64,000 bases of DNA from a virus (IMGVR_UViG_3300014202_001521:2931-66930); one strand, 5' to 3'. Shown: positions 28,168 through 37,426, counted from the stretch's first letter. The notes: generated by a model not told the origin, from the sequence alone. Translations and numbers: made by a program.

Positions 28168-28347
28168 TTATTTATCTTTTTTACGCGGTGTGTCTTCTTC
28201 CTCTTCATCGCGTTTATCTGACTCATTACCAAACATTGGTGGCCAAGTCCTTGTGACTAAATTGGCTCCAAAAATAGGTCTAGCGAAAACCGCTACACAA
28301 TTAGTGCCTGTACCAACTTCATTTAAATACCATTGTTTAAAGTTCAT
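28168..28347 (-). CDS. Small hypothetical protein, putative head internal protein
   Basis: GGAGG SD; MNFKQWYLNE N-terminus. Confidence 0.65.
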   Translation of the reverse strand: MNFKQWYLNEVGTGTNCVAVFARPIFGANLVTRTWPPMFGNESDKRDEEEEDTPRKKDK

Positions 28348-28775
28348 AATCCTCCACCCATTGGTGCTGCTGCTTGCGCTGCCGCCTGCCATCCCTTGCC
28401 AAGAATATCAGCAAGCTTTTGGATAGAAATGAGATGCACCTTCCCATTGACCTCACCTTCATAGGGCACTAGCTGACCATCATGCCTGCGTTTATATGCC
28501 CTTTCAAAGTTAGGTGACGAGCTTTTGAAAAATCTAATTCTTACATAAAGGTCATTTTCTTCTATAGGCTTAACAAGCTGCCATATAGCCTGATTATAAA
28601 GCAATCCCTCTTCTTCAATCTCTATAGGTCCACTTTCAATGAAATCTGGCAATGAGTTACGGTCAATACCTAGCTCCTGCCACAAGCCATCTATGTAGTT
28701 TCCCTTCTTGGGCTTATGCTTATGCTTCTTTGGCCCTATGTGTAATTCAAAAAACTGTTTAAAACTAAAATCCAT
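28344..28775 (-). CDS. Hypothetical protein, putative head internal protein
   Basis: MDFSFKQFFE N-terminus; TATATA 6 nt upstream. Confidence 0.7.
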   Translation of the reverse strand: MDFSFKQFFELHIGPKKHKHKPKKGNYIDGLWQELGIDRNSLPDFIESGPIEIEEEGLLYNQAIWQLVKPIEENDLYVRIRFFKSSSPNFERAYKRRHDGQLVPYEGEVNGKVHLISIQKLADILGKGWQAAAQAAAPMGGGL

Positions 28776-28807
28776 ACATAGTATATAACTAAGAGGTTCA
28801 ATAAATT

Positions 28808-29272
28808 ATGAAACAGTCACCAGCTTTTTCGTCGTTTCGCAGTCTCATGGATACCTGGGACCAAGCTACGATCATTGAAGATAAGAAAAAGGTAGAAAAA
28901 CAAAGCAAGGTAAGAAGCATCATAGATGGCAAAAACCTTATTATGTTCTTCAAAAAGGGTGATTCCGTGTTTGGGGCACCTGAAGAAAGCCGCATCGTTT
29001 ACGCCCAAATGAGAAGTCCTGACGAAGATTGGTGTGGTGCTGATGATGCTAATTTCAGTGCATTTGATCTAATCCAGGCTTTAAACGGCAGTTCCACCGA
29101 GAATATATTCTCTATGAACGATCTACCACAAATAGACATAATCACCCGTGACGAAGCCGAAGACTCATTAATGAAATGTCCATGTCAACAAGCGGCCCCG
29201 CCCGCCGTCCTAGAACCAACACCAACAGATAAACTTGGTATAGGAATGATTAAACTCAAAGATAGGGAATAG
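28808..29272 (+). CDS. Hypothetical protein
   Basis: GAGG SD; shares TATATA (28782-28787) with the divergent gene. Confidence 0.7.
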   Translation: MKQSPAFSSFRSLMDTWDQATIIEDKKKVEKQSKVRSIIDGKNLIMFFKKGDSVFGAPEESRIVYAQMRSPDEDWCGADDANFSAFDLIQALNGSSTENIFSMNDLPQIDIITRDEAEDSLMKCPCQQAAPPAVLEPTPTDKLGIGMIKLKDRE

Positions 29273-29275
29273 TAT

Positions 29276-29953
29276 ATGTTTTTTGATAAAGATAATGGTA
29301 AAAGAAAATGGCAGTGCTTTGTTTGCGGAAAAGAGCATCCTGACTTCGAAACATTCCGCAACCATATCGTGGAGAATCACGAAGTAGGCAGAGAATACGT
29401 TCTTTGCCCATTAGGACGCTGTGGTGCCCCTGTGCGCGACATTAATCACCACATGAGGGCCAAACACCCACAAGATGCCGTTCCGTCCTACAATGGACCA
29501 GCAAGAGCCATTGTCTGGAAAGACCAAAAAGGGAATAAAGGCAAAGGTAAGAAGAGTGGCAAGCCAACCTTCCGCGAAGGGCACTTCATCAGCATGAAAA
29601 ATGGCGGTAAAGAGTTCTACTATCAATCCAGCTATGAGTGTGAAGTATTTGAATGCCTAGAACAGATACCAGAAGTCGTCGCTTACGATGCTCAGCCAAT
29701 TAAAGCTGGGATACCGTACTTATACAAAGGTGACTCCCACCATTATTATCCAGATGTTTCTCTACAGTTTGCCGATGGTCATATCGAGATTTGGGAGATT
29801 AAACCAGCAAGTCAAACCATGTTACCACTCAATGAAGCAAAATGGGATGCAGCTAAGAGTTTTTGCCAAGTTAGAGGCTGGGATTTCATCGTAGTAACAG
29901 AAGTCGGTATTGGCAAGCTAAAGAAATTGGTAAAAAAAAGGAAGACACAGTAA
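29276..29953 (+). CDS. TnsA-N / T4 gp4-like head-completion endonuclease with two N-terminal C2H2-type fingers
   Basis: CFVC..H...H and CPLGRC..HH...H; YQSSYE, HHYYPD, EIKP, NEAKWDAA...GWDFIVVTE. Confidence 0.8.
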   Translation: MFFDKDNGKRKWQCFVCGKEHPDFETFRNHIVENHEVGREYVLCPLGRCGAPVRDINHHMRAKHPQDAVPSYNGPARAIVWKDQKGNKGKGKKSGKPTFREGHFISMKNGGKEFYYQSSYECEVFECLEQIPEVVAYDAQPIKAGIPYLYKGDSHHYYPDVSLQFADGHIEIWEIKPASQTMLPLNEAKWDAAKSFCQVRGWDFIVVTEVGIGKLKKLVKKRKTQ

Positions 29954-29970
29954 CAAACCGTGTCTTCCTT
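29933..29970 (-). terminator. Intrinsic terminator
   Basis: AAGGAAGACAC / GTGTCTTCCTT stem, followed by a T-run on the minus strand. Confidence 0.65.
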
Positions 29971-29993
29971 CCGAGTTACGAAGAAAACAATTC

Positions 29994-31418
29994 TTAGAGT
30001 TTACTCAATAGTTCCTTGGCTTCCTTACCTGCGGCACTATCAGGACTCTTGTTTACAATCTCTTTCAGCCGTTCCTTGGCCTTGTCATTCATGCCTTCCT
30101 TGAGCAAGATTTTTGCCCAAGTCAGTTTCTGACCCATTAATTTCTCCTCGTCTTGAGGATCAGGTTCTTTCTTAGGAGCGGGAGCAGCAGCCTTGCCATC
30201 ACCCTCTTCTGGAACCTTATGCAGAATATCATCGCCAGCCTTGAATTGCAACGTCGTGCCATAATTCAACTTAGCGCCCTTTGGTCGGCCCTTCTCCTGT
30301 GGCCACTGGACCTTAATCTCATAGTTGTAAAGCTTGCCCTGTTCCAAAGGCGGCGTTATATACTTCCGTGTCAAACCCTTTTGGGGCATTTTTGCGCCAT
30401 TTAACCAAACTTCTGCTTCATCGTTTGGCAATTCAAGAGTAATCCCAGCGGTGTCAGGATCAATCTCATCAAGAGCAAGATTCGGCAAAGGTGGACCACC
30501 TACAGCTGCGACCCCAAGGGGCATACCAAATCCACCATTGTTACTAAAGTCATACGATGGATTGTAAGCAAAGGTAGGTGAATAAGTCCCACCAACAGGA
30601 GCAAAAGTACCACCTGCGAAAGTACCGCCTGTGTAACTGTTGCCACCAAAACCGCCACCAAAACCATTGCCGTTACCGTAACCAAAACCACCATCGTAAG
30701 GACCGCCTCCACCACCACTACCAGCACCAGCGCTAACATTTACATTCACGTCATTCGCGCTATTAACTCTATTGCTGTTTCTATTTGCGTTAGCATTGGT
30801 GTTGCCATTCTTATTGCCATTTCCATTCTTGTTGGCATTCCAATTTCCATTATTCATTCCATTGCCATTACCCCCAGGTCCAGGTCCAGGTCCAGGCGTT
30901 TTAATACAATTCCACTGTGGACGTGGAGTTTGTTGTCCAGACCCAGGCTGTCCAGGTCGTGGCCCACACTGTTGCCCTGGATTTGGGCGAGGTGGCTGTT
31001 GTTGTCCAGGTCGTGGCCCACACTGTTGCCCTGGATTTGGGCGAGGTGGCTGTTGTTGTCCAGGTCGTGGCCCACACTGTTGCTGTCCAGGCGGGCATTG
31101 TGCCACAGGTCGTGGCCCACCTTGCCCAACAGGTCCATTATAAACAGGCGCACCATTCTTTTTCTGTTGTGCCTGTTGTGCGGCTGCTCTCTGTTGCTGT
31201 TGAAGCAACATTTGCTGTTGAGCAGCTTTCTGCTGTGCGGCTTTCTGTTGTTGCTGCTGTTGTTGCTGTTGAGCAGCCTTCTGTGCCGCAGGGTTGGGCG
31301 AGGGAACGTTGGGCGCAACGTTCCCTTTACCTTTATTTCCTGCCGCGTAAGTATCACTACTTACGACAGCTAAACCTACAACTAAAAATCCCAAACCAAT
31401 CAGAGTCTTCACGGTCAT
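29994..31418 (-). CDS. Secreted low-complexity protein with Planctomycete TIGR03000-like domain
   Basis: AGGAG SD, signal peptide, Q/P/N/G-rich tracts; AEVWLNGAKM...TRKYITPPLEQGKLYNYEIKVQW; C-terminal TPR-like helix pair. Confidence 0.8.
   Translation of the reverse strand: MTVKTLIGLGFLVVGLAVVSSDTYAAGNKGKGNVAPNVPSPNPAAQKAAQQQQQQQQQKAAQQKAAQQQMLLQQQQRAAAQQAQQKKNGAPVYNGPVGQGGPRPVAQCPPGQQQCGPRPGQQQPPRPNPGQQCGPRPGQQQPPRPNPGQQCGPRPGQPGSGQQTPRPQWNCIKTPGPGPGPGGNGNGMNNGNWNANKNGNGNKNGNTNANANRNSNRVNSANDVNVNVSAGAGSGGGGGPYDGGFGYGNGNGFGGGFGGNSYTGGTFAGGTFAPVGGTYSPTFAYNPSYDFSNNGGFGMPLGVAAVGGPPLPNLALDEIDPDTAGITLELPNDEAEVWLNGAKMPQKGLTRKYITPPLEQGKLYNYEIKVQWPQEKGRPKGAKLNYGTTLQFKAGDDILHKVPEEGDGKAAAPAPKKEPDPQDEEKLMGQKLTWAKILLKEGMNDKAKERLKEIVNKSPDSAAGKEAKELLSKL
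30949..31083. repeat. 54-bp coding tandem repeat (~2.5 copies)
   Basis: Unit encodes QQCGPRPGQQQPPRPNPG; copies start at 30961 and 31015. Confidence 0.9.
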
Positions 31419-31428
31419 TCTCCTAAAG

Positions 31429-31965
31429 TTACTCAGGCCAAACGTAACCGCCAACATTGACACTGTTACCAACAGTAATGTTATTCGCGTTATTAATCGT
31501 GTTATTGTTGGTATTGGTGTTCGTATTGGTGTTCGCGTTGTTATTACGATTAGCATTGTTGTTACGATTAGCGTTCGCGTTTGCGTTCGCATTACCAGCA
31601 GGCTTGCCAGTTCCTACGCCAGTTGGCTTGCCAGTTGGCTTGCCAGCACCAGGCTTGCCGTGATTACCATTGTTACCAGGCTTGCCAGTTGGCTTACCAG
31701 CACCAGGCTTGCCGTGATTACCATTGTTACCAGGCTTGCCAGCACCAGGCTTGCACGGCGGGGGCTTCGGTTTGCAAGTCGGTGGGGGCGGCGGCTTTGG
31801 CTTGCACGGCGGGGGCTTCGGTTTGCAAGTCGGTGGCTTGCACGGAGGCTTACTACAGGTCGGGGGCTTCGGCTTCGGCGGTGGATTGGTAGCGTAAGCA
31901 AAACTACCAAACGTCCAACCAATCATTGCCAAGCTAGCCATACACACATTCAAAAACTTACTCAT
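31429..31965 (-). CDS. Secreted Pro/Lys/Cys/Asn-rich repeat protein
   Basis: Signal peptide; PPTCKPKPPPCKP repeats; GKPGNNGNHGKPGAGKPT repeats; NA/NT tract. Confidence 0.72.
   Translation of the reverse strand: MSKFLNVCMASLAMIGWTFGSFAYATNPPPKPKPPTCSKPPCKPPTCKPKPPPCKPKPPPPPTCKPKPPPCKPGAGKPGNNGNHGKPGAGKPTGKPGNNGNHGKPGAGKPTGKPTGVGTGKPAGNANANANANRNNNANRNNNANTNTNTNTNNNTINNANNITVGNSVNVGGYVWPE
31625..31870. repeat. Coding tandem repeats (54-bp unit plus CKPKPPP units)
   Basis: GTGATTACCATTGTTACCAGGCTTGCCAG at 31660 and 31714; GGCTTGCACGGCGGGGGCTTCGGTTTGCAAGTCGGTGG duplicated. Confidence 0.85.
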
Positions 31966-32336
31966 TTCGAATACCTTTCTTCCATTAACAAAACAACAGG
32001 TAACTTGTTGAAACAACAGCAAGCTACATCTTTCTCAGAACAAACGTAGAGTTTCCGAACTCTACGCAACACAAGACAAATGAAACAAGGAATGTAATTA
32101 GATTCACAAACCGTTCGAGGAGGATACCAGTAAAGAAACTTTTTTACAAGAGAGAAATTAATGAAAACATACAAAAATCTCCAAACGATACAAAAGAAGA
32201 GAATACAACAAATTGGAATGTTACTTCTCCAACCACAACGAATATCACGAATGATAGCCGAAGGCCGAAGGTCAAGTTGACAATTTAATATGTCAACATG
32301 TAACTCTGTAACTTTCCTAAGAAGAGATTCTTTCAT
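31962..32336 (-). CDS. Hypothetical Cys-containing protein
   Basis: ATGA-coupled on both sides; SNIPICCILFF...YIPCFIC. Confidence 0.5.
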   Translation of the reverse strand: MKESLLRKVTELHVDILNCQLDLRPSAIIRDIRCGWRSNIPICCILFFCIVWRFLYVFINFSLVKKFLYWYPPRTVCESNYIPCFICLVLRRVRKLYVCSEKDVACCCFNKLPVVLLMEERYSK

Positions 32337-32626
32337 TCTGCATAACCTTCTAGTTCACATATTTTCTTAATCGTCGCCTGCAATTCGTTATAGTCTTTCA
32401 ATGTCATTGACTCCCCTTTTTCGTGGAGTCGTTCTATATCTTCTAATTTCTGCTCCGTTGTGCGGTTACACAACTCCATATAAAAAGTCGGACAATCTTC
32501 TATCGCATTGGCAATCTCTTCTCTTAATTGCATGTAAGTATCATGAAATTTTTTAGCTTCTTTAGGAGTAAGTTCAATGCCGTCCTCGGCACAACTGTTT
32601 CTAAAAAGTAAAATGTTGGGGTTCAT
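32333..32626 (-). CDS. Hypothetical protein
   Basis: Coupled ORF. Confidence 0.6.
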   Translation of the reverse strand: MNPNILLFRNSCAEDGIELTPKEAKKFHDTYMQLREEIANAIEDCPTFYMELCNRTTEQKLEDIERLHEKGESMTLKDYNELQATIKKICELEGYAE

Positions 32627-33252
32627 TTAATGCCAGTCTCCTGTAAATATTGCATAAGTTTGTTATCAATTTTAGCATATAGGTCTTCTATAGTGCCATT
32701 ATTGATTAAGAAGTAATCAAAATCACTAAAGCCAGGCGGGGCAGGTACAATTGGCGGCAGATCACTCATCGGCCCTTCACCATACTGTGATGCGGCAAAA
32801 TCAATATACGGCTTAATCTGTGATTCGGATGGATTTGGGTCATTATTCTCAAAGCCAGGACGCCATAACAAGATATTAAACCCACCTTGTTCTTTAATCA
32901 TCTTAGCTTCATTTAAATAACGACCATCAGAAATTACAGACCTTTCGCCATTCCTTAATGCTGTGCGAATCCAAACATCACTTTGTATCTTTCTGAATCC
33001 ATCTCCGATATGCTGTAATCCTTTGCGGACAGTTAAATCAAAGCCAGGTGGAACTTCATCTTTTCGTTTCCATTCTTCGATCCAGTCCCATGTTACATCG
33101 AAAGATTGCATAAAGACATGTTTGACAGCATCAGCAAAACCAAGCCGCTTCCACTTTGGCACTAATCCAAAATCATTGAGATTTTTCACAAGATGATTAG
33201 CAACAGTATCTTTCCCGCCAGCCAGTTGTGCGAATATGCCAATTATTTTCAT
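32623..33252 (-). CDS. Deoxynucleoside monophosphate kinase (T4 gp1-like)
   Basis: IIGI...GGKDTVA, FADAVK, RKGLQHIG, ISDGRYLNEA, INNGTIEDL. Confidence 0.85.
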   Translation of the reverse strand: MKIIGIFAQLAGGKDTVANHLVKNLNDFGLVPKWKRLGFADAVKHVFMQSFDVTWDWIEEWKRKDEVPPGFDLTVRKGLQHIGDGFRKIQSDVWIRTALRNGERSVISDGRYLNEAKMIKEQGGFNILLWRPGFENNDPNPSESQIKPYIDFAASQYGEGPMSDLPPIVPAPPGFSDFDYFLINNGTIEDLYAKIDNKLMQYLQETGIK

Positions 33253-33344
33253 GTTTGTTCCTCTGTGATACTAAAATAATTCTTCTCGAAAAAAGATGCA
33301 ATATTTGTTTCAAAAATTGTCGGGACATACTCTGTACAATGTAT

Positions 33345-33500
33345 ATGCAGAAGAAAGAGAAACTGGATAAGGATTTAGTTCTACGAGTCCACCCTTCACT
33401 TTTCAAAAAGTTTCAGAAGAAGTGCGGCGAGAACTACAAGACAGTCTCCGAAGTAATTCGAGAGCTAATGCGACAGTACATCCAGAAAGAAACTCCATGA
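33345..33500 (+). CDS. Ribbon-helix-helix DNA-binding protein
   Basis: LVLRVHPSLFKKFQKKC...TVSEVIRELMRQYI; TACAAT 4 nt before ATG. Confidence 0.75.
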   Translation: MQKKEKLDKDLVLRVHPSLFKKFQKKCGENYKTVSEVIRELMRQYIQKETP

Positions 33501-33531
33501 ATTAGAATGAAAGAAAGCGAGGACACTGTGA

Positions 33532-33816
33532 ATGGCAAAGAAAAGAAAGACCTTAGAACCAAAATGCAAAAATTGTCTTTTATTCAATAAAGACAAAGGC
33601 ATCTGCAAAGTAGCAATTCTCATTGATGGTGAACAAATTCACCTGCCCGTATTTCCTGAAGATGATTGCCATATGGATCAGCTTGGGATACCCGTCCAAC
33701 AAGTCAGATGGTGGGTTGAAGACCCGAAAACAGGTAAACCAACAGACGGCAGTGGTGTCGTCAAAATAGAATATCCAGATGAGTTCTTCGGAAAGGATAT
33801 TAAAAGGGTTCGTTAA
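33532..33816 (+). CDS. Hypothetical protein
   Basis: GAGG SD; CKNC...C...C. Confidence 0.65.
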   Translation: MAKKRKTLEPKCKNCLLFNKDKGICKVAILIDGEQIHLPVFPEDDCHMDQLGIPVQQVRWWVEDPKTGKPTDGSGVVKIEYPDEFFGKDIKRVR

Positions 33817-34559
33817 TGAGTACAGGCTGTCAGCCTCCATACTGCCACGGAACAGGCGGATTTTGCGGGTGTAACTGCAACTGCTGCCCACCGCCTTGTT
33901 GTCCTATTATATCAGTGTACTTCCAATGTTGCCCAACAAGTACACCCGCTCCCCCTCCAAATATGCCTTTTGGTTTGTGGGAAGATTTATCAATTGTTCC
34001 ATCCGTGCCAGTAGAGTTGCCTGACTTCGATACCAAGCCAATCTTCTCCGAAAACATGAACTTTACACTTGGTTATGGAAGTATACCAACTTCCTGTCCT
34101 TGTGAAACCGTATGCGTGGAACTTGCATGTGGCGGTATAACGCCGTGCTGCTGTCTTGAATTACTAGATGGCGTCATATACTCTGTAGGCAATGGATACG
34201 TTACAGCCCCAACCACTGTGAACGTAGCGGGGTGCGGTACGGGTATTGTCTATATCAATGGCTTGCCACCACCAGTATTTGTTAATGACTGCGAAGAAAT
34301 TAATGTAACCATTGAGCTTGCGGGCGACGGTTGTTGCAATGTTTGTTACCCAATAGACGCTGTGTGTGCCCCATGCCCGTTAAGTGTAATGATGGCAAAA
34401 CCACAGCGTCCATTGGTTAAACGAAAGACCGATCCACGCACTGGCAAGACGAAACTTAACCCTAATACTGGCAAACCTCTCTTTGTCGTGGACAAAGCAG
34501 AACTGCTCAATAGAATTAGGAAGAAGATTGCATTATCAAAGCGGAGAAGTAAGAACTAA
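33816..34559 (+). CDS. Cys/Pro-rich hypothetical protein
   Basis: Many CC/CCC/CxC clusters; basic C-terminus; TAATG coupling. Confidence 0.6.
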   Translation: MSTGCQPPYCHGTGGFCGCNCNCCPPPCCPIISVYFQCCPTSTPAPPPNMPFGLWEDLSIVPSVPVELPDFDTKPIFSENMNFTLGYGSIPTSCPCETVCVELACGGITPCCCLELLDGVIYSVGNGYVTAPTTVNVAGCGTGIVYINGLPPPVFVNDCEEINVTIELAGDGCCNVCYPIDAVCAPCPLSVMMAKPQRPLVKRKTDPRTGKTKLNPNTGKPLFVVDKAELLNRIRKKIALSKRRSKN

Positions 34560-36572
34560 TTTCTTAGCTTCAGCTAGAATCTCTTCAATCTTGTCTTTCT
34601 TCAAACCAGTCGTCTTCCTCAAAATATCGGGATTAGCTACAACATCATGTAGGCTCTTAATGCCAGCCTTATACATCTTGTTGGCTCTAACTTTCCCGAT
34701 GTGTGGAAGCTGGCATAGGAAGATCAGTGGACCCTTAACACCATAGGTCATTCTCAATTGAAGCTCGCGTAACCACTGTTTCTTATTCCACTTGCCTTTG
34801 AAACCATCTATGGCTTGTAACACCTGATTCAGTCGCGGAAAATCAAACTGCAACGTGCGACTCATCGAAGCGAATATAGGATTGCTAACACCGCTAAGCA
34901 ACTGGTGGTATACATATGCAGCCTTAATTGCGGATTCTTTGAACGTATTACGACCAAACTTCAACCCCACCGTGTTAGCAAACATGCTCATATCTTCACG
35001 CTCAGACTTACTTACAATACCCCAACGGTGCGTGTCAATGTTTCCCAACGCAACAGCAAGCTGCAAATCATCATCCTGCCTGTTGTTGTCGAACATGATT
35101 TCAAAATTTCTAGCCAGGTCTGATACATCGAAAGGTGAGTAATAGAATAAGCTGGCGATCTTGCCAATGGAAGTAGCAGTATAAACACCATCTTCCTCCC
35201 ATACGGCCCCGCACTTTTTAAGCAAATCAATAGTGCTGTCTAGTATAGTATCGTCTAATTCATTAGCCTGGAAATGCGCTAAGCTTCTATTATACCAGCC
35301 GTGGATATCATCCTTCGTCTTGATAGTTTCCTGATGGATTTCACTAACAAGGTGGAACGCCAATACCTTGTGATGCCCGCCTTCATGGTCAAGCATCTGA
35401 GACATAATCAACTGCGGCTTCCTGATACGTTCCTTATGTAGATCATAAGTACGCTCTGGCAGAAGAATATAAGCATCGCCTACTGGATCGTAAAGCGGTC
35501 GGCCTGCACGTCCCACCATCTGCATAATATCATAGGTAGCCACTTCGTCTAAACCACGGTGAACACCCATAATCACTACACGACGAGCAGGTAGGTTCAA
35601 ACCCCATGCCAAGGTGCTTGTCGCTACAATAACACGGAAAGTAGGATCGGTCTTAAATAGTTTCTCTAGCTTGTTACGAGTAGCTTTATCCAAGTCGGCG
35701 TTATGAAATTCACTTTTCACACCAATGTTGGTCAACGCCGTTTTCATCAAGTGACCAGTCTTCTTTGTGTGCGCAAAGACCAGGAACTTATCATCTGGAT
35801 AATACTCCACGATTTGTAGAGCCATGTTTACTTTTTGCTGTTCATTATCATCGTAGGTGTATTCACCATCGTAATATTTCTCATAATGGAGATTAAGTGG
35901 GCATGGACGGAATGTAGATGATAATAGGACTGTATCTTTGCTATTAAGGATGAAACTAACCCAATTGGCAATTTCATCGACATTCGGCATTGTGGCCGAA
36001 AGAAATACCATGCGGCAGTCTTTGTTAATTTCGCTGAACCGCATTAGGCCAGCTTCAAGATGGTCGCCACGCTTAGGAACGGTTAATAGGTGAACTTCGT
36101 CGGCTACTAAGGTGCCAACTTTTTTCAGAAATTCACTTCGCTCAGAACCCAAATTCCTAACGCGGGAATTAAACATCTCATAACTCATGATAATGAGGTC
36201 TGCCGCGTCTAATTCCTTTTTGCGTTCTGCTGTTAGGCGATAGTCTCCAGTGCAAACTGAAACTTTCAATCCGTGAAAATGATGGTCTGGATCAGTCCAT
36301 TCATCTATCTTTTCTTGGGCTAAAGCGCGTAGTGGCACTAAATACATACCTTTGCCGCCACGCTTTCTAATTTCATAAGACAGCGCCATTTCCGCCACGA
36401 CGGTCTTACCAGATGATGTGGCGGTAGCAACGATTAGATTATTGTCTTTATCGTAGTAATCGTAGATACGGCTTTGGACTGGATTGAACTGCTGGAATGG
36501 CCACTTGGCATAAGGGAATATATCTGTTTGCAGCAATTCGCTACGATCACCAACTTTGACTACTGGAGGCAT
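34536..36572 (-). CDS. Ski2/Hel308-like SF2 helicase
   Basis: TATSSGKTVVAE, YLVPLRALAQEK, DEVH, LSAT, FHNADL, TSTLAWGLNLPA, QMVGRAGRP, C-terminal HhH. Confidence 0.92.
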   Translation of the reverse strand: MPPVVKVGDRSELLQTDIFPYAKWPFQQFNPVQSRIYDYYDKDNNLIVATATSSGKTVVAEMALSYEIRKRGGKGMYLVPLRALAQEKIDEWTDPDHHFHGLKVSVCTGDYRLTAERKKELDAADLIIMSYEMFNSRVRNLGSERSEFLKKVGTLVADEVHLLTVPKRGDHLEAGLMRFSEINKDCRMVFLSATMPNVDEIANWVSFILNSKDTVLLSSTFRPCPLNLHYEKYYDGEYTYDDNEQQKVNMALQIVEYYPDDKFLVFAHTKKTGHLMKTALTNIGVKSEFHNADLDKATRNKLEKLFKTDPTFRVIVATSTLAWGLNLPARRVVIMGVHRGLDEVATYDIMQMVGRAGRPLYDPVGDAYILLPERTYDLHKERIRKPQLIMSQMLDHEGGHHKVLAFHLVSEIHQETIKTKDDIHGWYNRSLAHFQANELDDTILDSTIDLLKKCGAVWEEDGVYTATSIGKIASLFYYSPFDVSDLARNFEIMFDNNRQDDDLQLAVALGNIDTHRWGIVSKSEREDMSMFANTVGLKFGRNTFKESAIKAAYVYHQLLSGVSNPIFASMSRTLQFDFPRLNQVLQAIDGFKGKWNKKQWLRELQLRMTYGVKGPLIFLCQLPHIGKVRANKMYKAGIKSLHDVVANPDILRKTTGLKKDKIEEILAEAKKLVLTSPL

Positions 36573-36591
36573 AGTAACTCCTTAAAAACAA

Positions 36592-36629
36592 TGCGAGATT
36601 CCATAGTATCACGCCTATGGAATCTCGCA
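36592..36629 (-). promoter_or_regulatory. Hairpin/terminator containing a sigma70-like promoter
   Basis: TGCGAGATTCCATAG / CTATGGAATCTCGCA stem followed by TTGTTTTT; TTGCGA-N16-TACTAT with TG extension. Confidence 0.6.
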
Positions 36630-36642
36630 ACTGAAAGGACCG

Positions 36643-37071
36643 TTATTTTGTGTGAGTCTTCTCGGCATCCTGCCTTTCAAACATAAAAGTTTCAGGATGC
36701 ACACCAGGGAACCTTAGACCTTCATCACACAAACATCGAATCGTAATACGGTTCTGTTTGAAGTGGTAAAAAAGATGTTCCGCCAAACCAACCATGAACT
36801 CTTTCACTTGGCTTGGTTGATTCATCGGTCTATCTGGTGGGTGATTTGGATAACAAATCGCTGAAATATCCCAACCATCCTCACGATAATCTTTCATCAC
36901 AAAAGTAACCTTGTCAGTTACTTTTACTGGTTGTGCCACAGGACAGGTTTTTTGAAACTCTCCTATGGTATCCATAACTTCTTCTTTGGTAAAAGAGGGG
37001 CCGTGATACCCCTCTCGGCTACCAATAGCAAACATTACTTCGTAAGTTGAAGATTTTTTTATTTCATGCAT
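36643..37071 (-). CDS. Hypothetical protein
   Basis: Coupled 142-aa ORF. Confidence 0.65.
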   Translation of the reverse strand: MHEIKKSSTYEVMFAIGSREGYHGPSFTKEEVMDTIGEFQKTCPVAQPVKVTDKVTFVMKDYREDGWDISAICYPNHPPDRPMNQPSQVKEFMVGLAEHLFYHFKQNRITIRCLCDEGLRFPGVHPETFMFERQDAEKTHTK

Positions 37072-37327
37072 GGGACACCAAATCAGGTGTCCTGCGAATA
37101 AATTCCTTCTCTACAAAGCTACTGACCAAATCCACAGCGTTCCAGAACTCTTCATAGTTCTTTGCGCCAGCCAAGAACTTATCCATGTCAGGATTCTTGG
37201 AAATGAACTCAATAGCTTCCGACAAATCAGGCCCGATACGCTCATCGAACCTATCAAACAGATACTTCAAGCTGTCAAACGGCAGCTTGGTTACATACTC
37301 TTTAATCACAGTATCAATTTTTTTCAT
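37064..37327 (-). CDS. Hypothetical protein
   Basis: GAGG SD; 87 aa. Confidence 0.65.
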   Translation of the reverse strand: MKKIDTVIKEYVTKLPFDSLKYLFDRFDERIGPDLSEAIEFISKNPDMDKFLAGAKNYEEFWNAVDLVSSFVEKEFIRRTPDLVSHA

Positions 37328-37336
37328 GATACAACC

Positions 37337-37426
37337 TCATTTACAAAAAACAAAATAAGCCAGTAAAAATCCCAATGTGAAAGACACGGCATGTGTCTTC
37401 AACATTTCCATTTCAAGTCCGTACAT
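37337..37426 (-). CDS. Putative 29-aa membrane peptide
   Basis: MYGLEMEMLKTHAVSFTLGFLLAYFVFCK; TATACT 6 nt upstream; fills the intergenic gap. Confidence 0.45.
   Translation of the reverse strand: MYGLEMEMLKTHAVSFTLGFLLAYFVFCK

Noticed and set aside
29276-29953. Tn7-like transposon (TnsA)
   Set aside because: No TnsB/TnsC neighbours or terminal repeats. The context fits a gp4-like phage nuclease.
31419-31592. Programmed frameshift fusing the two repeat ORFs (ORF track shows overlap)
   Set aside because: The downstream gene has its own AGGAG SD and signal peptide at 31418/31412. The upstream extension is just an open alternative frame of the Asn-rich tract.
30949-31870. Tandem repeats as a CRISPR array
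   Set aside because: Units are contiguous multiples of 3 inside ORFs, with no unique spacers and no cas genes
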